Origin: Isurus oxyrinchus | Lineage: Eukaryota | DNA length: 64,000 bases | Direction: 5' to 3' | NCBI GenBank assembly: GCA_026770705.1 | Contig: JANJGN010000038.1 | Coordinates: 6,448,001-6,512,000 of the forward strand | Shown here: positions 49,020-63,151 of the stretch, in pieces | Position numbering within the stretch: the first letter of the stretch is position 1 | Layout: each line of letters opens with the position of its first letter | Translations under genes and position numbers: made by a program | The notes under the pieces: generated by a model | What the model was told of the DNA's origin: nothing | Database searches by the model: none | What the model saw: only the letters and a program-made list of their open reading frames with translations

Positions 49020-49379
49020 CTGCAGGGATTGGATTTTGCTGTTATTGCTGCTGTTAGTCACATCCAGGACTGATAGTCAGATAGTATTAGCTTTGATTCT
49101 GCTGATATTAACAACCCTATAACTGGCTGGAGTTTAATTTTCTGGATCTGTCACTGATTATCTGAGCTGCAGTGTCCCTTTTTAAAAGCACCATCTGTGA
49201 TCTTTCCTCTTAATTCAAGAACTTGATTACAATAAAATTATGAATTTTTACTTCAATCCTAAACTGACCTTTGGAGCAAAGACTACAATTCAGTGTCTGA
49301 GAGGTTCCACTGATTAACATCTCCAGTTAGAGAGTGCTGATTAATCCTTGCTGACAATTCTTACTGACTTGTACATTCC

Positions 49380-49640
49380 ACACAGAGATACCTCCATGAT
49401 GAAATTAATTTATCAAGGAACATAAGCAAAACAGTAAAATATTTTACATGCACATCGATAAAAGCTTCAGCAGTCAACACTGATATTGTTGAATCTTGGA
49501 AGGCGCTGAGTTCAATCATTTCTGACACAGCAGCAGCAACATTTGGGAAAGGTGGAGCCCACAACAAAGACTGGTTTGAGACCTACTCAGCAGAGATGAA
49601 TCTGTCATTGAAGCAAAACACAATGAACTTGTACAATTGT
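49380..49640 (+). mobile_element. Possible RTE-clade ORF fragment
   Basis: SWKALSSIISDTAAATFGKGGAHNKDWFETYSAEM resembles the RTE endonuclease-RT tether. Confidence 0.45.
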
Positions 49641-51069
49641 AAAAGGCATCGAAAGTTGGATTCCCTAAAGAAAAGCTTCAGCCTTGAGGTTGTGTTCCGG
49701 AGCTCACAAGCTGTGGGAAGCTCCACCCTCTTTAACTCTTTTCAGTCTCAGAAGGTTGAAGCTCCTTTTGCCTGTGAAAGTGAAATTTTTCAGTGTTATT
49801 TTTCTTCAGTTTTATTACCGTCATTTGGAAAGGTGCCTGGGGAAGAAGAAAATAATAACATTTTGAAAAAGCTGATAAAAATATCAAGAGAATTGGAAAA
49901 ACAAAGATTGAAATGGGGTTTGGTTCATCCTTGATCTGAAAATGAAGTTACGTAAAGTTGACACAAGTGTGCACATTTGAGAATGTTTCTCCAGCCCCTT
50001 TGCTAACAAGCTGAGAAGTTAACCCTTTCCACTGACAGCACGGTGACAATGTAAACAAAAGGCTTTGCTTTTTAAAGATTTGGCTTCATCCCATTTGTTA
50101 TAATTCAGGACAAAGTGTCTGACAACAGGAGATATGGGAGTGATCTACAATCTGATTGCAAGTATCTGTACTTCTGTCTCTGATCTACAAACACCATATT
50201 ATGTGAGTATTAAATGGGACAGTAAAGTTCCTCCAGTGCTCCTGAATGAGATAGAATAGTTATTCATGAAATGATGCATTTAGAATAAAAGATAAAGAAA
50301 ATCACACCACCAGTTGGGAAATGGAATAATTCACCTGGGTATAGCTCAATGGAATAATCAATCTAATGTACATGTACATTCTAGTTAAAGTCAGGAAAGT
50401 GTAGATGAGAACAGTAAACAGAGATTTCTATTGGTGATATTTGTGTCCTTGTCTCTGTATTTTAAAAGAAACTGAATTTGGTAGTCTGGCCACTATCCGA
50501 GACTCCAGAAACAGGCAGGGTTAGATCAGCAAAGATCTTCAGGCAGACACCCCATTGATATTTTGATAAGATCACCTGAAAGACCAAGAGTAACTTGCGT
50601 AGGTTGGCACATGCAGCATGGTATTGGGATACAGCGTGAGTGTGCAGATGTGATATGTCCTGTGTGGTGTAATTAACATGTGGAAATGCATGGTGACCCT
50701 GTACTGAAGAGCAGGTCCCAGACATGCCCTGCTACTCGACAACAGAACAACATGGAGTGATTATTGTGGAAAATTGAATGAGACATTTTAAATCATCAGG
50801 ACATTAACACACACTCCATAGTGAAACTAACTAAAAAACAATCAGCATTGAATTAAACACACTCGTATCTATTAAACGGAATGAAGTTAAATTGAAGAGG
50901 GAAATAGAATCTGGATTTAGAAAATATCCACAAGGTGGATGCAGGTGAACAGAGAGCCAGAGAATCTTTAAAGTCCGTGCATGAACTTCTGTTTGAACCA
51001 CATATATTTACGACGTGCCAATAATTTAGAATTGTGAGAGATGATCAACAGGTGGGGAGGATGAATCTG

Positions 51070-54000
51070 TAAGACCATAAGACATAGGAGCAGAAATTAG
51101 GCCATTCGGCCCATTGAGTCTGCTCTGCCATTTAATCATGGCTGATAAGTTTCTCAATCCCATTCTCCTGCCTTCTCCCCGTAACCTTTGATCCCCTTAC
51201 CAATCAAGAACCTATCTACCTCAGTCTTAAATATACTCAATGACCTGGCGTCCACAGCCTTCTGTGGCAATGAATTCCATAGATTCGCCACTCTCTGGCT
51301 AAAGATGTTTCTCCTCATCTCTGTTCTAAAAGGTCTTCCCTTTACTCTGAGGCTGTGCCCTCATGTCGTAGTCTCTCCTACTAATGGAAACATCCTCCCC
51401 ACGTCCACTCTATCCAGGCCTTTCAGTATTCTGTAAGTTTCAATCAGATCCCCCCTCATCCTTCTAAACTCTATCGAGTATAGACCCAGAGTCCTCAAAG
51501 TTACTCATATGTTAAGCCTTTCATTCCTGGGATCATTCTCGTGAACCTCCTCTGGACCCTCTCCAGGGCCAGCACATCCTTCCTGAGATATGGGGCCCAA
51601 AATTGCTCACAATATTCTAAATGTAGTCTGACCAGAGCCTTTTAAAGCCTCAGCAGCATATCCCTGCTTTTATATTCTAGTTCTCTCAAAATAAATGCCA
51701 ACATTGCATTTGCCAACCTAACTATGAACTCAACCTGCAAGTTAACCTTTAGAGAATCCTGGACTAGGACACCCAAGTCCCTTTGCACTCCAGATTTCTG
51801 AATTCTCTCCCCATTTAGAAAATAGTCTATGCTTCTATTCTTCCTACCAAAGTGCATGACCTCACACTTCCCCACGTTGTATTCCATCTGCCACTTCTTT
51901 GCCCATTCTCCTAACCTGTCCAAATCCTTCTGCAGCCTCCCCACCTCCTCAATACTACCTGTCCCTCCACCTATCTTTGTATCATCTGCAAACTTAGCCA
52001 GGGTGCCCTCAGTTCCTTCATCTAGATCATTAATGTATAAAGTGAAAACTTGTGGTCCCAACACTGACTCCTGCGGAACTCCACTAGTCACCGGCCGCCA
52101 TCTTGAGAAGGACCCCCTTATCCCCACTCTCTGCCTCCTGCCAGACAGCCAATCTTCTATCCATGCTAGTACTTTGCCTCTAACACCATGGGCTCTTATC
52201 TTACTGAGCAGCCTCCTGTGAGGCACCTTGTCAAAGGCCTTCTGGAAGTCCAAGTAGATAACATCCATTGGCTTTCCTTTGTCTAACCTGCTCGTTACCT
52301 CCTCAAAGAATTTTAACAGATTTGTCAGGCATGACCTCCCCTTGATGAAACCATGCTGACTTTGCCCGATTTTACCATGCACTTCCAAATATTCTGAAAT
52401 CTCATCCTTAATAATGGACTCTAAAATCTTACCAACGATCGAGGTCAGGCTAATTGGGCTATAATTTCCCGTCTTTTGCCTCACTCCCTTCTTAAACAGG
52501 GGGGGTTACCTTAGCAATTTTGCAGTCCTCTGGGACCTCCCTGACTCCAGTGATTCCTGAAAGATCGCCACTAACGCCTCCACTATCTCTTCATATCTCC
52601 TTCAGAACTCTGGGGTATAATTCATCTGGTCCAGGTGATTTATCCACCTTCAGACCTTTCAGTTTTCCTAGCACCTTCTCCTTGGTAATGGCCACCATAC
52701 TCACCTCTGCCCCCCGACTCTCTTGAACTTTGGGGATGTTACTCGTGTCTTCCACCGTGAAGACTGATGTAAAGTACCTATTCAGTTCATCCGCCATTTC
52801 TTTGTTCCCCACTACTAATTCTCCAGTGTCATTTTCCAGCAGCCCAATGTCCACTTTTGCCTCTCTCTTAACCTTTATATATCTAAAAACACTCTTGCAA
52901 TCTTCTTTTATATTACTGGTTAGTTTACCCTCATATTTAATCTCCTCCCTCATTTCTTTTTTAGTTGTCCTCTGTTGGTCTTTGCAGGCTTCCCAATCCC
53001 CTGGTTTCCCACTGCTCTTCGCCGCATTGTATGCTTTCTCTTTAGCTTTTATGCTGTCCCTGACTTCCCTTGTCAGCCATGGTTGCCTTGTCCTCCCTTT
53101 AGTATGCTTCTTCTTCCTAGGGATGAATTTTTGCTGTGTCTCCCAAATTACTTCCAGAAACTCCTGCCATTGCTGTTCCACTGTCTTTCCTGCTAGGTTC
53201 ATCTCCCAGTCAATTCTGGCCAGCTCCTCCCTCATGCTGCTGTATTTGATTTTATTCAACTATAATACCGTTACATCTGATTTCAGCTTTTTCCTCTCAA
53301 ATTTCAGGGTAAATTTTATCATAATATGGTCCTAAGGGTTCCTTCACCTTAAGCTCCCTTATCAAATCTGCCTCATTACACATCACTAAATCTAGAATTG
53401 CCTGTTCCCTAGTGGGCTCCACCACAAGCTGCTCCAAAAAGCCATCTCGTAGACATTCTACAAATTCCTTTCCTTGGGATCGACTACCAACCTGATTTTT
53501 CCAGTCTACTTGCATATTGGAATCCCCCATGATCACTGTAACCTTGCTTTTCTTGCATGCCTTTTCTATCTCCTGGTATATCTTGTGTCCCACATCCTGA
53601 CTACAGTCCGGAGGCCATAACTCCCATTATGTTTTCTTTACCTTTTAAGTTCTTCAACTCTACCCACACAGATTCTACATCTTCTGACCCTACTTCATTT
53701 CTTGCTATCGATTTAATTTCATTTCTTACTAACAAAGCAACCCCACCCCTCTGCCAAACTGCCTATCTTTTCGATAGGATGTATATCCTTGGATATTTAG
53801 CTCCCAGTCCTGATCTCCTTGCAGCCATGTCTCCGTGATGCCCATCACATCATACCTGCCAATTTCAATCTGCGCCACAAGCTCATTTACCTTATTTCGT
53901 ATACTGCGTGCATTCAGAAACAACTCCTTCAGTCTTATATTTCCCTTCCCCTTTCTCATTGTCGTCCCTTTATCTGATGTGCTTGAAGTTAGATTGCTAG

Positions 54001-54120
54001 CCCTTTCCAAACACTCTGTCCTATTTTGTGTTCTGGGGACTTTAATAGCCTCTCCTGGGCTCTCCTTTCTTTTCAGTTTTTTCATAATTTTCCATGAAGT
54101 TGGATCCACCCACCATACGT
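51070..54120 (-). mobile_element. CR1 (HER1-like) LINE with nearly complete but frameshifted ORF2 (APE endonuclease + RT)
   Basis: LNARSIRNK..GITETWL, VIMGDSN, LDLVMCNE (APE). NYSPISLTS, QHGF..GRSCLTNL, LDFQKAFDKVPH, GVPQESVLGP, KFADDTK (RT). (TCTTATG)-type tail. Confidence 0.97.
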
Positions 54121-54620
54121 TAACCTGCTGCTTTGTTTCCCATCCGCTCCACGTCTACTTTGTCTGTCTCCTTTAGCATCTTATATAACTCAATTAGATC
54201 TCCTCTCATACTTCTAAACCCTAGCAAGTATAGGCATAAACTGCTCAATCTCTCCTCAGTAAACAAGCCCCACATCTCTGGAATCAATCTAGTGAACCGT
54301 CTCTGAGCCTCCTCCAATGCAACTACATCCTTCCTCAAGTAAGGGGACCAAAACTGTGCACAGTAATCCAGGTGCGATCTCACCAATGCCTTGTACAGTT
54401 GCAGCAACACTCCCCTATTTTTATACTCTATTCCTTTAGCAATAAATGACAAAATTCCAATTGCCTTCCTTATTGCCTGCAGTACCTGCACACCAGCTTT
54501 CAGTGATTCATGCACAAGGACACCCAGATCCCTCTGCACTGGTGCATTCTGACGTTTCTCTCCATTTAAATAATAAGTCGCCTTTTTATTCTTCTGACCA
54601 AAATGGATAACCTCACACTT
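54120..54620 (-). mobile_element. Second CR1 ORF2 C-terminal fragment
   Basis: QRDLGVLVHESLK...LYKALVRSHLDYCAQFWSPYLRKD. Confidence 0.9.
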
Positions 54621-55131
54621 ATGTAGAGAGATGTAGCTCTATTAAGTCCATCTTCTTTACTCCCGCTCCTACTACCCCGTTCTCTTCTTTTCTCTCTCTC
54701 TCTCAGACAGTGGAGTTGAAGCCCAAGATCAGCCATGCTCATTTCGAATGGTGGAGGAGCTCAATGAACCATATGGTTTATTCCGGTTCCTATCTGTTAT
54801 CTTAAGGAGGCCAGTGTCTTGTGTAGGCCCAGACTGGGTGGCAGGTTCCCTTCCCTGAAGGACATTAGTGAACCAGCTGTTTATTTATGACAATCCAGCA
54901 GTTTTCATGGTCACTTTCTCCTCGTGCCGGCCCCACAAATTCCCAGATTCATTCAGCTCAATTTCACAATCTGCCTTTGTGTTTTTGTGGGTTCTCTCTC
55001 ACTCCCTTTTTCTGTTTTAAATCAATTTCACAGGGTATTAGGAGGGGAGGATTTGCAGTCGGGAAACTGAAACCAAACATCACATCTGGATCTGAAGGAG
55101 TCGCCCAATTTATCATAAACTGATTTTGAAC

Positions 55132-55915
55132 ATGAAGGGAAAAAGCACTGTTCAAAGTGGGGAGAAACCATGGAAATGTGGCGGCTGTGAAGAGGGATTC
55201 AGATGCCCATCTGAGCTGGAAACTCATTGGCGCACTCACACTGGGGAGAGACCGTTCACCTGCTCCGAGCGTGGGAAGGGATTCACTCGATCGTCCAACC
55301 TGCTGACACACCAGCGAATTCACACTGGGGAGAGACCATTCACCTGCTCCAAATGTGGGAAGGGATTCATTCACTCATCCGACATGTTGCAACACCAACG
55401 AGTTCACACCTCGGAGACTGTTCACCTGCTCTGAGTGTGGGAAGGGATTCAATCAGTCATCTGACCTGCTGAGACACCAGCGAGTCCACACTGGGGAGAG
55501 ACCGTTCACTTGCTCTGAGTGTGAGAAGGGTTTCACTCGGTTGTCTGACCTGTTGACACACCAGCGAGTTCACAATGGGAAGAAACCATTCACCTGCTCC
55601 CAGTGTGGGAAGGGATTCACTCACTCATCTAACCTGCTGAGACACCAGCGAGTTCACACTGGGGAGAGACCCTTTACATGCCCAGACTCCAGCAAGTGTT
55701 ACAAAAGTTCCAGGGAACTGATGCATCATCAACGTGTTCACACTGACGAGAGACCGTTCAGGTGCTCTCACTGTGGGGCTGGGTTCAGACGTTCATCTCA
55801 TCTCACTGCACACCAGCGAGTTCACACTGAGGAGAGGCCATTCACCCGCTCCCAGTGTGGGAAGGGATTCACTCAGTTATCTAACCTGCTGAGACACCAG
55901 CAGGTTCACACATAA
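55132..55915 (+). pseudogene. Tandem C2H2 zinc-finger gene, 9 fingers, with one frameshift (about 55410) and three Cys losses; paralogue of 11552-12424
   Basis: ORFs 55126-55434 and 55355-55915. Substitutions CSER, CPDS and RSQC. Shares the flanking SINE, acceptor and L2 with the 11.5-kb copy. Confidence 0.9.
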
Positions 55916-56297
55916 AGACAGTGATTGGATTTTACTTTTAATTACATTCAGGAGTGAACGATGATCATTAGGGTCTGTTTCTCTGATGTTAAGTTATAGG
56001 CATTAATGTCACGTTATAGGCATTAATGTTCTGGACAAAAGTCAAATAAATCGGCTTTGTATTACACACACAATATTGAGTCTTTTTAAGATCACAAGTA
56101 AATACAATGAGTTTTCCTGTTAATTCCACCCGGGACTGAACGATTTTCATTGGGGAGTATTTCTGCTGATGTTCGTAACTTCCAGCCCAGTTATAGGTGT
56201 TAATATTCTGGATAAAAATCAAATAAATCAGCTTTGTGTAAAACACACTGTCTGGTGAATCTTGTTAATCTCTCTAACACAAGTTAGTTCCTTTTGA

Positions 56298-57845
56298 AGG
56301 GCCTCTCCCTCTCCCCTGTCTCCTCCACCCTCACCTCCAACAACAAGTGTGAGGAGCTCATGGAGCTTCTTTGTCACTAACATTGGGACAATCCGATCAG
56401 CTGCCTCTGCTGCTTCCCTCCCTTCCAGTAGTCCACCGGGACAAACTGTCTCTAAAACTCCCCCTTGTCCGAGACCAGAATCCACATCTTTCCCCAGTTT
56501 CTTTCCCATCTCCCCTCATGCTGTCTCAGTGCTTATCTTGTCCATGAGACCCACCTCTGTTGCCTTAACCCTATTCACACTAAACTGTTGACCACCCAAC
56601 TTCTCCATTTCAACAATATCAGCTAATGGTTCTGTCTCTCTCCTGGTACTGTTCCCCTCACCTTTAAATCCGCCATCATCACCCATCCTGAAAAAAAACT
56701 TTTTCCATAATCGTCATTGTAAACTACCGCCTCATCTCCCACCTCCCTTTCCTCTCCAAAGTCCTTGTACTTGGTGTCCCCCAAGGATCTATCCTTGGCC
56801 CCTCCTATTTCTCATCTCCATGCTGCCACTCGGTGACATCATCCAAAAGCACCATGTTAGTTTTCACATGTACACTGACAACACCCAGCTCTACCTCACC
56901 ACCATCCCTCTCCATTCCTCCACTGTTACTAAATTATCAAACTGCTTATCCCACATCCAGTGTTGGATGTGCAGAAATTTCGTCCAATTAAAAATTGGGA
57001 AAACCAAAGTCATTATCTTCGGTCACCACTACAAATCCCATTCCCTAACTGCCGAGTCCATCCCTCTCCCTGGGACTGTCCGAGGCTGAACCACACTGTT
57101 CATAATCTCAGTGTCTTATTTGACTCCAAGATGAGTTTCTGACCACATATCCATACCATCACTAATACTAGATATTTCAATCTCCATAATGTTGCCTGTA
57201 TCCACCCCACCCCAGCTCATAAGACCATAAGACATAGGAGCAGAAATTAGGCCATTCGGCCCATCGAGTCTGCTCCACCATTCAATTATGGCTGATAAGT
57301 TTCTCAATCCCATTCTCCTGCCTTCTCCCCGTATCCTTTGATCCTCTTACCAATCAAGAACCTATCTATCTTGGTCTTAAATACAATCAATGACCTGGCC
57401 TCCACAGCCTTCTGTGGCAATGAATTCCATAGCTTCACCACTCTCTGGCTATCTGCTGCTCAAACCCTCATTCATGTCCGTGTTACCTTTAGACTTGATG
57501 ATTCCAATGCATTCCTGGCTGGCCCCTCACATTCACCCCACCCCCATATGGAAACGTGAGATCATCCAAAGCTCTGCCGTCCATGAGTTTTCTCACACCA
57601 AGTTCCATTCACTCATCACCCATGTGCTCATTGACCGACATTGGCTCCTGGTCAAGGAATGCCTCAATTTTAAAATGTGTATCCTAATTTTCAAATCCCT
57701 CTGTGGCCTCGTCACTCTCTATCTCTGTAATCTCCAGTCACATGTCCCTCTGCGCCCCTCATTCTGCCCTCTTGAATACCCAGGATTATAATTATTCCAT
57801 CATTGGTGGCTGTGCCTTGATGTGAAGCTTTTAAATTCCCTCCCT
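56298..57845 (+). mobile_element. L2 LINE ORF2 remnant with a young CR1 tail nested at 57219-57450 (-)
   Basis: GVPQGSILGP-like, MLPLGDII..FHMYTDNTQLY, RLDDSNAFLAG, HWL. The nested copy matches 51070-51300. Confidence 0.88.
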
Positions 57846-58119
57846 AAATGCGATGTGAGGGAACATTTTTTTCACCCACAGGGAAGTTGGAGACTGGTAC
57901 GAACTTCCTGAAAGGGCAGTAGAGGCAGGTTCGATTGAGGGATTCAGAAGGGAGCTGGGTTGCTACCTGAAAAGAGAGAATGTGCAAGGTTACGGGATAG
58001 GGCAGGGGAGTGGGACTAGGTGGAATGCAATTTCAGAGAGCCAGTGGAGACTCGAGGAACGAATGGCCTCCTGCACTGTAAAGATTCTGTGATTATCCCT
58101 ATTCTGGATTGGGGAAATA

Positions 58120-59370
58120 TGCTCTATCTGTATGATTGCAGTGCTGTTAATAAAGTCAGTGTGAGACAATCTGTTGTCAGCTTGATTACCTGGTGTCTGA
58201 AACCACACAATTCAATATTTAGAGTCAACAAGATGAACAAGGAAACGCCTCACGGCCCAAAACTCCAGCTCGATATTCACAGGAGAAAGTCTGTTATCTA
58301 ACACCTCGAGTGGACGGAACAGAGGAAGACCCCAACTGTAAGGAACCCTCGAAAATTTGTAAATATCTTTCAGATGCTGACAGGTTCCAGCTGTGTTTCC
58401 CTCACATCGAAGTGAATGGAAGGTGAGAGCGTGGTTATTCTAGAAATATAAAAAACGCTAGTTAGAGCACAGTCCAGTTCTATTCAGCACTTCACAGGAA
58501 GGATGTGATCACACTGGAGAGGGCACAGAAAAGATTTATCTGGATGATGCCAGGACTGGTGATTTTAACCCTGAGGAGGATTTGGAGAGGTGGGTGTTGG
58601 TTTCTTGGAATAGAGGATGCTGAGGAGACGTTTAATTGATGTGTATAAAATGATGAGGGTCCCAGATAGATTGGATAGGAAGGACCTATTTCATTAACAG
58701 AGAGGTCAGTAACCAGGGGGCTGAGATTTAAAGTAATTGGTGGGAAGATTAGAGGGGAGTTGAGTAATGTTTTCACTTAAAGGGTGGTGGGGAACTTTAA
58801 CTCACTATCTGAAAGGACGGTAGAGGCAGAAATACTCACATTTAAAAAGGACTGGGATATGCACCAGTCGTGCTGTAATCTACAAGACTACAGACCAAGA
58901 GCTGGAAAGTGGGATTGGACTGGATAGCTCATTTTCAACCAGTACAAACATGATGGGCTGAATGGCCTCCTCTGTGCTGTAAATTTCTCTGATTCTGTGC
59001 TGACAAGTGGTCCTCATGTTTTTATCCAAGACAGGCTTCAGCCCAGTCATTTGCTCCAAGTGTTGATGTGATGGGTCAAGTGAAGAGGTGCCAGGTATCT
59101 GGAGCAGCAGGAGCAGTAAATAAAATCGAGATTTCAGTGAATACTGATAAAGTTTATCAGTATCTTGTTTCATTTTAATAACTTCTGCTGAATGTGGTCC
59201 TCTCCCAGTGCCAGCATATCGGATCAGAGCCACCATGGAAAAGGAGTTTGACACCCCTGAGACAGACAATGTCAAACGGATCTTCAGTATCTCTGTAACC
59301 TCTTCCAGCCCCACAACCCTCTGTGTAAATACAAGTTGCTGGTGTTGGATTACACCCTGAGATAGACAAT
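58120..59370 (+). repeat. Segmental duplicate of 16340-17600
   Basis: Colinear, including the same CR1 insertion at 58455-59000. Confidence 0.9.
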
Positions 59371-61054
59371 GTCAACCTGATTCCCCTCATCCACCAGCAC
59401 AGCAACTTCTTCACAAAACACAAACAGGTTTTCCAAGGTGTGACATTCTTTTCCAGAATCCATATTGAGGATCTCTAATGGATCCTTCTCTCCCCCAGTG
59501 ATCAGAAACAGAATCAGAAACCTTCAAGCATCTTCCCTGTGATTGTGGCCACACTGATGGGCCTGTCATTCCCTGGCTCTGATTTGTCCCCAATTTGGAA
59601 AGTGCGAATACCATGAGCTACTTTCCGATCTCAGGGAACAATCGCTGACTCTGTTGAGCTGCTGAAGATACGGACAAGAGGTTCACAGGGCACCCGTCAC
59701 ATCTCTTTAAACCCCCTTGGGTGGATATCATTTGGACCTGGAGCACCATCTAGTTTGAGATTTCCTATTTTCTCCAGGGTGACAATCCCTTTCTATTTTA
59801 ATATTGATGATGTTATTGTCGACAGCACATCCCACAGCTGGAATCTGAGCATCATCCACAGGAGTGCAGGCTGATGTGAAAGTCATTTAACAGCTCAGTC
59901 ATAGCCTGGCAATCTGATTCAATCTGTCCTCAACTGTCTTTCAGTGGCTCGAAACGACCTTTAACCATCTTCCCACTCCTGATGGAGCTGGGAAAGCTTT
60001 GCTGTTATTTCCACAATTGTTCACCATCTTCTTTCCCAAAGATCTCTTCTCTAATGGCTGCTTTTCTCTCCCTCAATTGTGGGTGATATTGGTCCCAGTT
60101 CTCCTGGACACTGAATTCATCTTGTTCCAACTGGGTTCAATGTCCGGCAGTTCAGGGAGTCGGGAATCATTCACCCCTAGACCTACACTGAGAGGTAAAG
60201 CCCCAGACAGTCCCTCAGTAAGGATTCCTCTGGTTCCTCACCGTATATTAGTCAGGATACTGAAACACTGCTTTCTCCCAATCCACTCCTGGAGGGCCCA
60301 CTCCCCAAGCCTCCAACCTGCAGCAGGGTCAGTGCTGGAGCTACACAGCGGGAGTGATCCCAGAATAACTTTGAGGATCGCAACCACATGGATGTTCAGG
60401 GTTGAGTATTTTTAGTTATCCTGGTGTCTAACACACATCAATAAAACAGGGAACTCCAGGAAATGTGCTGCAGGTCTTTCTTTATCTGTTGTATAATTCT
60501 CCCAGCAGTTAACAGGTACCTCTGAAATTATCTACCAGCTATTTTAATACAGAATTTTGCAAATTTATTTCAAATGGGTTTAATTCTGCCTTAAAGTAAT
60601 CGATTTTGGTCTGTCACATACACGGTAATTCTTCATAGAATAATTAGCACAGTCATTTTCAGACTGGAAATTTAAACCTGATTTTACCCTTCAGTCAGAA
60701 ACAGATCACAGTTTTACACCAATCTCTGATTTGACAACACCGTTGTTCCTCCTGACTCTAAACACAGTTGTAAAGGAGCCTTTTGATCCGTGTCTAGGAG
60801 CTCTGAACCATGGAAGAGAGCGGCTGGGACACATTTCTTACACACCTCAGGATTAACCCACACGGGGGCTTTGCTGTCAGTGAAGAGAGATGAGAAAGAC
60901 CAAAGTGCTGTTTGTCCCTCTCAGTGTGACCCTGAGGGACTGTGTCCAGGCTGAAGTTCTGTTCCTGCTGTGTGATCCACGACCCAGATTGTCCTTCCTG
61001 AGCTCCAGCCAGGTGATGTTAAACACCCAGGTGGGAAAGGCAAAAATCCACAAC

Positions 61055-62160
61055 GTGTTTAAAATAAATCTGATTTATTTCACATTTATCCAGAATATTA
61101 AACTTCAGTTCAGTTACAAGGATTATGAACATCAACAGAAACAAACTCTAACTGTCAGAATGGTTCAGTTCTGGATGTGGTTAACAACAGCAATAACAGC
61201 AGAATCCAATTCCTGCAGCCGTTTGTGAACTCACTAGGGTGTCAATAGGTGAGACGACTGAGTGAATCTCCTCCCACACACATAGCAGGTGAATAGCCTC
61301 TCCCCAGCATGAATGTGTTCGTGTCTCAGCACCCATTTTGCTTTTAAATCTCGGCTCATGGTCAGAACTTTGAAAAGCTTTCTGACCCATGTAAACAAGT
61401 CGATAGGTATATATGAAAGCAAAATACTGCATATGTTGGAAATCTAAAATTATAAACAGAAAATGCTGGAAAAGCTCAGCAGGTCGGACAGCATCTGTGG
61501 AGAGAGAAACAGAGTTAACGTTTCAAGTCAGTATGAATCCTCTTCAGAACTAATGGGTATGGAGGTGGGATGAAGGAGTGAATCTCTCCCAAACAGAACA
61601 GATGAATGGTCTCCTCCCCAGTGTGAGTGCACTGATGAACACTGAGATCACATGATCACTTGAACCCAGTCCCACAGAGAGAGCACTTAAACAGGCTCTG
61701 GTCAGTGTGAACACGTTGATGGAACATCAGCTCCACAGAACTTTTATAACTCTTTCTGCAATCTACACATTTAAAAGATCTTCCATCAGTGAGAATCCCT
61801 CCTCACATATGGAGCAGGTGAATGACCTCTCCCCAGTGTGAACTCACTGGTGTTGCAGCAGGATGGACAATCACCTGAACCTATACCCGCAGTGAGAGCA
61901 GATGAATGGAGTGGAACCGGAATGAATGCACTGGTGAACCATCAATGAATGTGGGTTTTTAAAGCTCTTGTCACAGTGTAAACAGGTGTTTCAGCAGGAT
62001 GGAAGAACTAGTGAATCGACTTCCACACTTGGAGCAGGTGAATGGCCTCTCCCCAGTGTGAATTCGCTGGTGCACAGTGAGATTAAGTGATTGCCTGAAC
62101 CCAGTCCAACAGAGAGAGCATCTGAGCAGTCTGTTGTCAGTATGAACACATACTGATATA
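61055..62160 (-). pseudogene. Decayed C2H2 zinc-finger gene + shared 3'UTR; PLE tail inserted at 61420-61551
   Basis: [37 protein letters not shown]. The 3'UTR is the reverse complement of the 22715-22880 type. Confidence 0.85.
61513..61551 (-). ncRNA. Minimal hammerhead motif with canonical core
   Basis: Reverse complement: AGTT CTGAAGA GGATTCA TAC TGACTT GAAA CGTT AACT. Confidence 0.65.
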
Positions 62161-63151
62161 GCCCCAGACCCGTCATTCAAACCCCCCAACTCCACCCAGT
62201 TCACAGCTCAACCTACCAGCTTGCAGCTTCCTGCACCTTAACCCCGCCCAGCCCAGGTGTGGGACAGTCCAAGGTGAGTCATTTGTGTAGCCAGGGGAGT
62301 GGGGGAGGGGTGACCTCCCACCTTGTGCTGTGTCCCAAATAGTTCCATTCTCCCCTCCCCCAGGGCCCTCTATATACAGCATGCCGATGGCTGATGGGCT
62401 TTGGGGATCCTCACTGACCTGCACAGTTACATTGTCCTGCACCCCGCCCCCGATTCACTGTGTGAAAAGGTTGTTTTTCTTTGTTGCTGCTCCCCCATCA
62501 CCTAAACACCTTGTTTCATACAAGTCTTGTTTAAGACTTGTTTAATCCCAGGGCTACGGGGCAAAGGGAGGGAAGTCATAGAATCAGAGTTGTGCAGCAC
62601 AGAAACAGGCCCTTCGTCCCATCGTGTCCGTGCTGGCCATCAACACCGATCTATTACAATCCCATTTTCCAGCACTTGGCCCATAGCCCTGAGGTGGCAC
62701 GAGGAAAATTGTTCCTTCAGTGGACAACACAGACAGGATGGGCCAAACGGCCTCCATCTGTGCTGTAACCATTCAATGATTCTCTGAGATGTCTTTATCC
62801 CACTGCTCCATTCCCAGTGATTCCCACCTTCCGCTATTGTCCCTGGCTCCCTGTTTAATCAAGTAATTCCTCCCTTTCCTCTACTCACCCTGTGCAGTGT
62901 GTGTGTCAGGCTTCCTCCAGACACCTCTCCCCAACACCATCCCGGCCCCTTTAACCGTCAGCAGCTTCCTGCTTGTCTGCTTTTAGTTTAAATTTACAGA
63001 ATTGAAGGATTTAGATTCAAGCTCGCCTTAACTGACTGCTCTAAATCAGAAAATGTTTGTCCCTCACACCTAGATAGTTCATTTTGCTTAAAGTCAATCC
63101 AAAAATGCAGTTATTCTCCGCAATTGAAGAGGCTCCTCATTTAAATCTGCA

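Noticed and set aside
51829-54176. Long plus-strand ORFs (51829, 52730, 53835)
   Set aside because: They are antisense shadows of CR1 ORF2.
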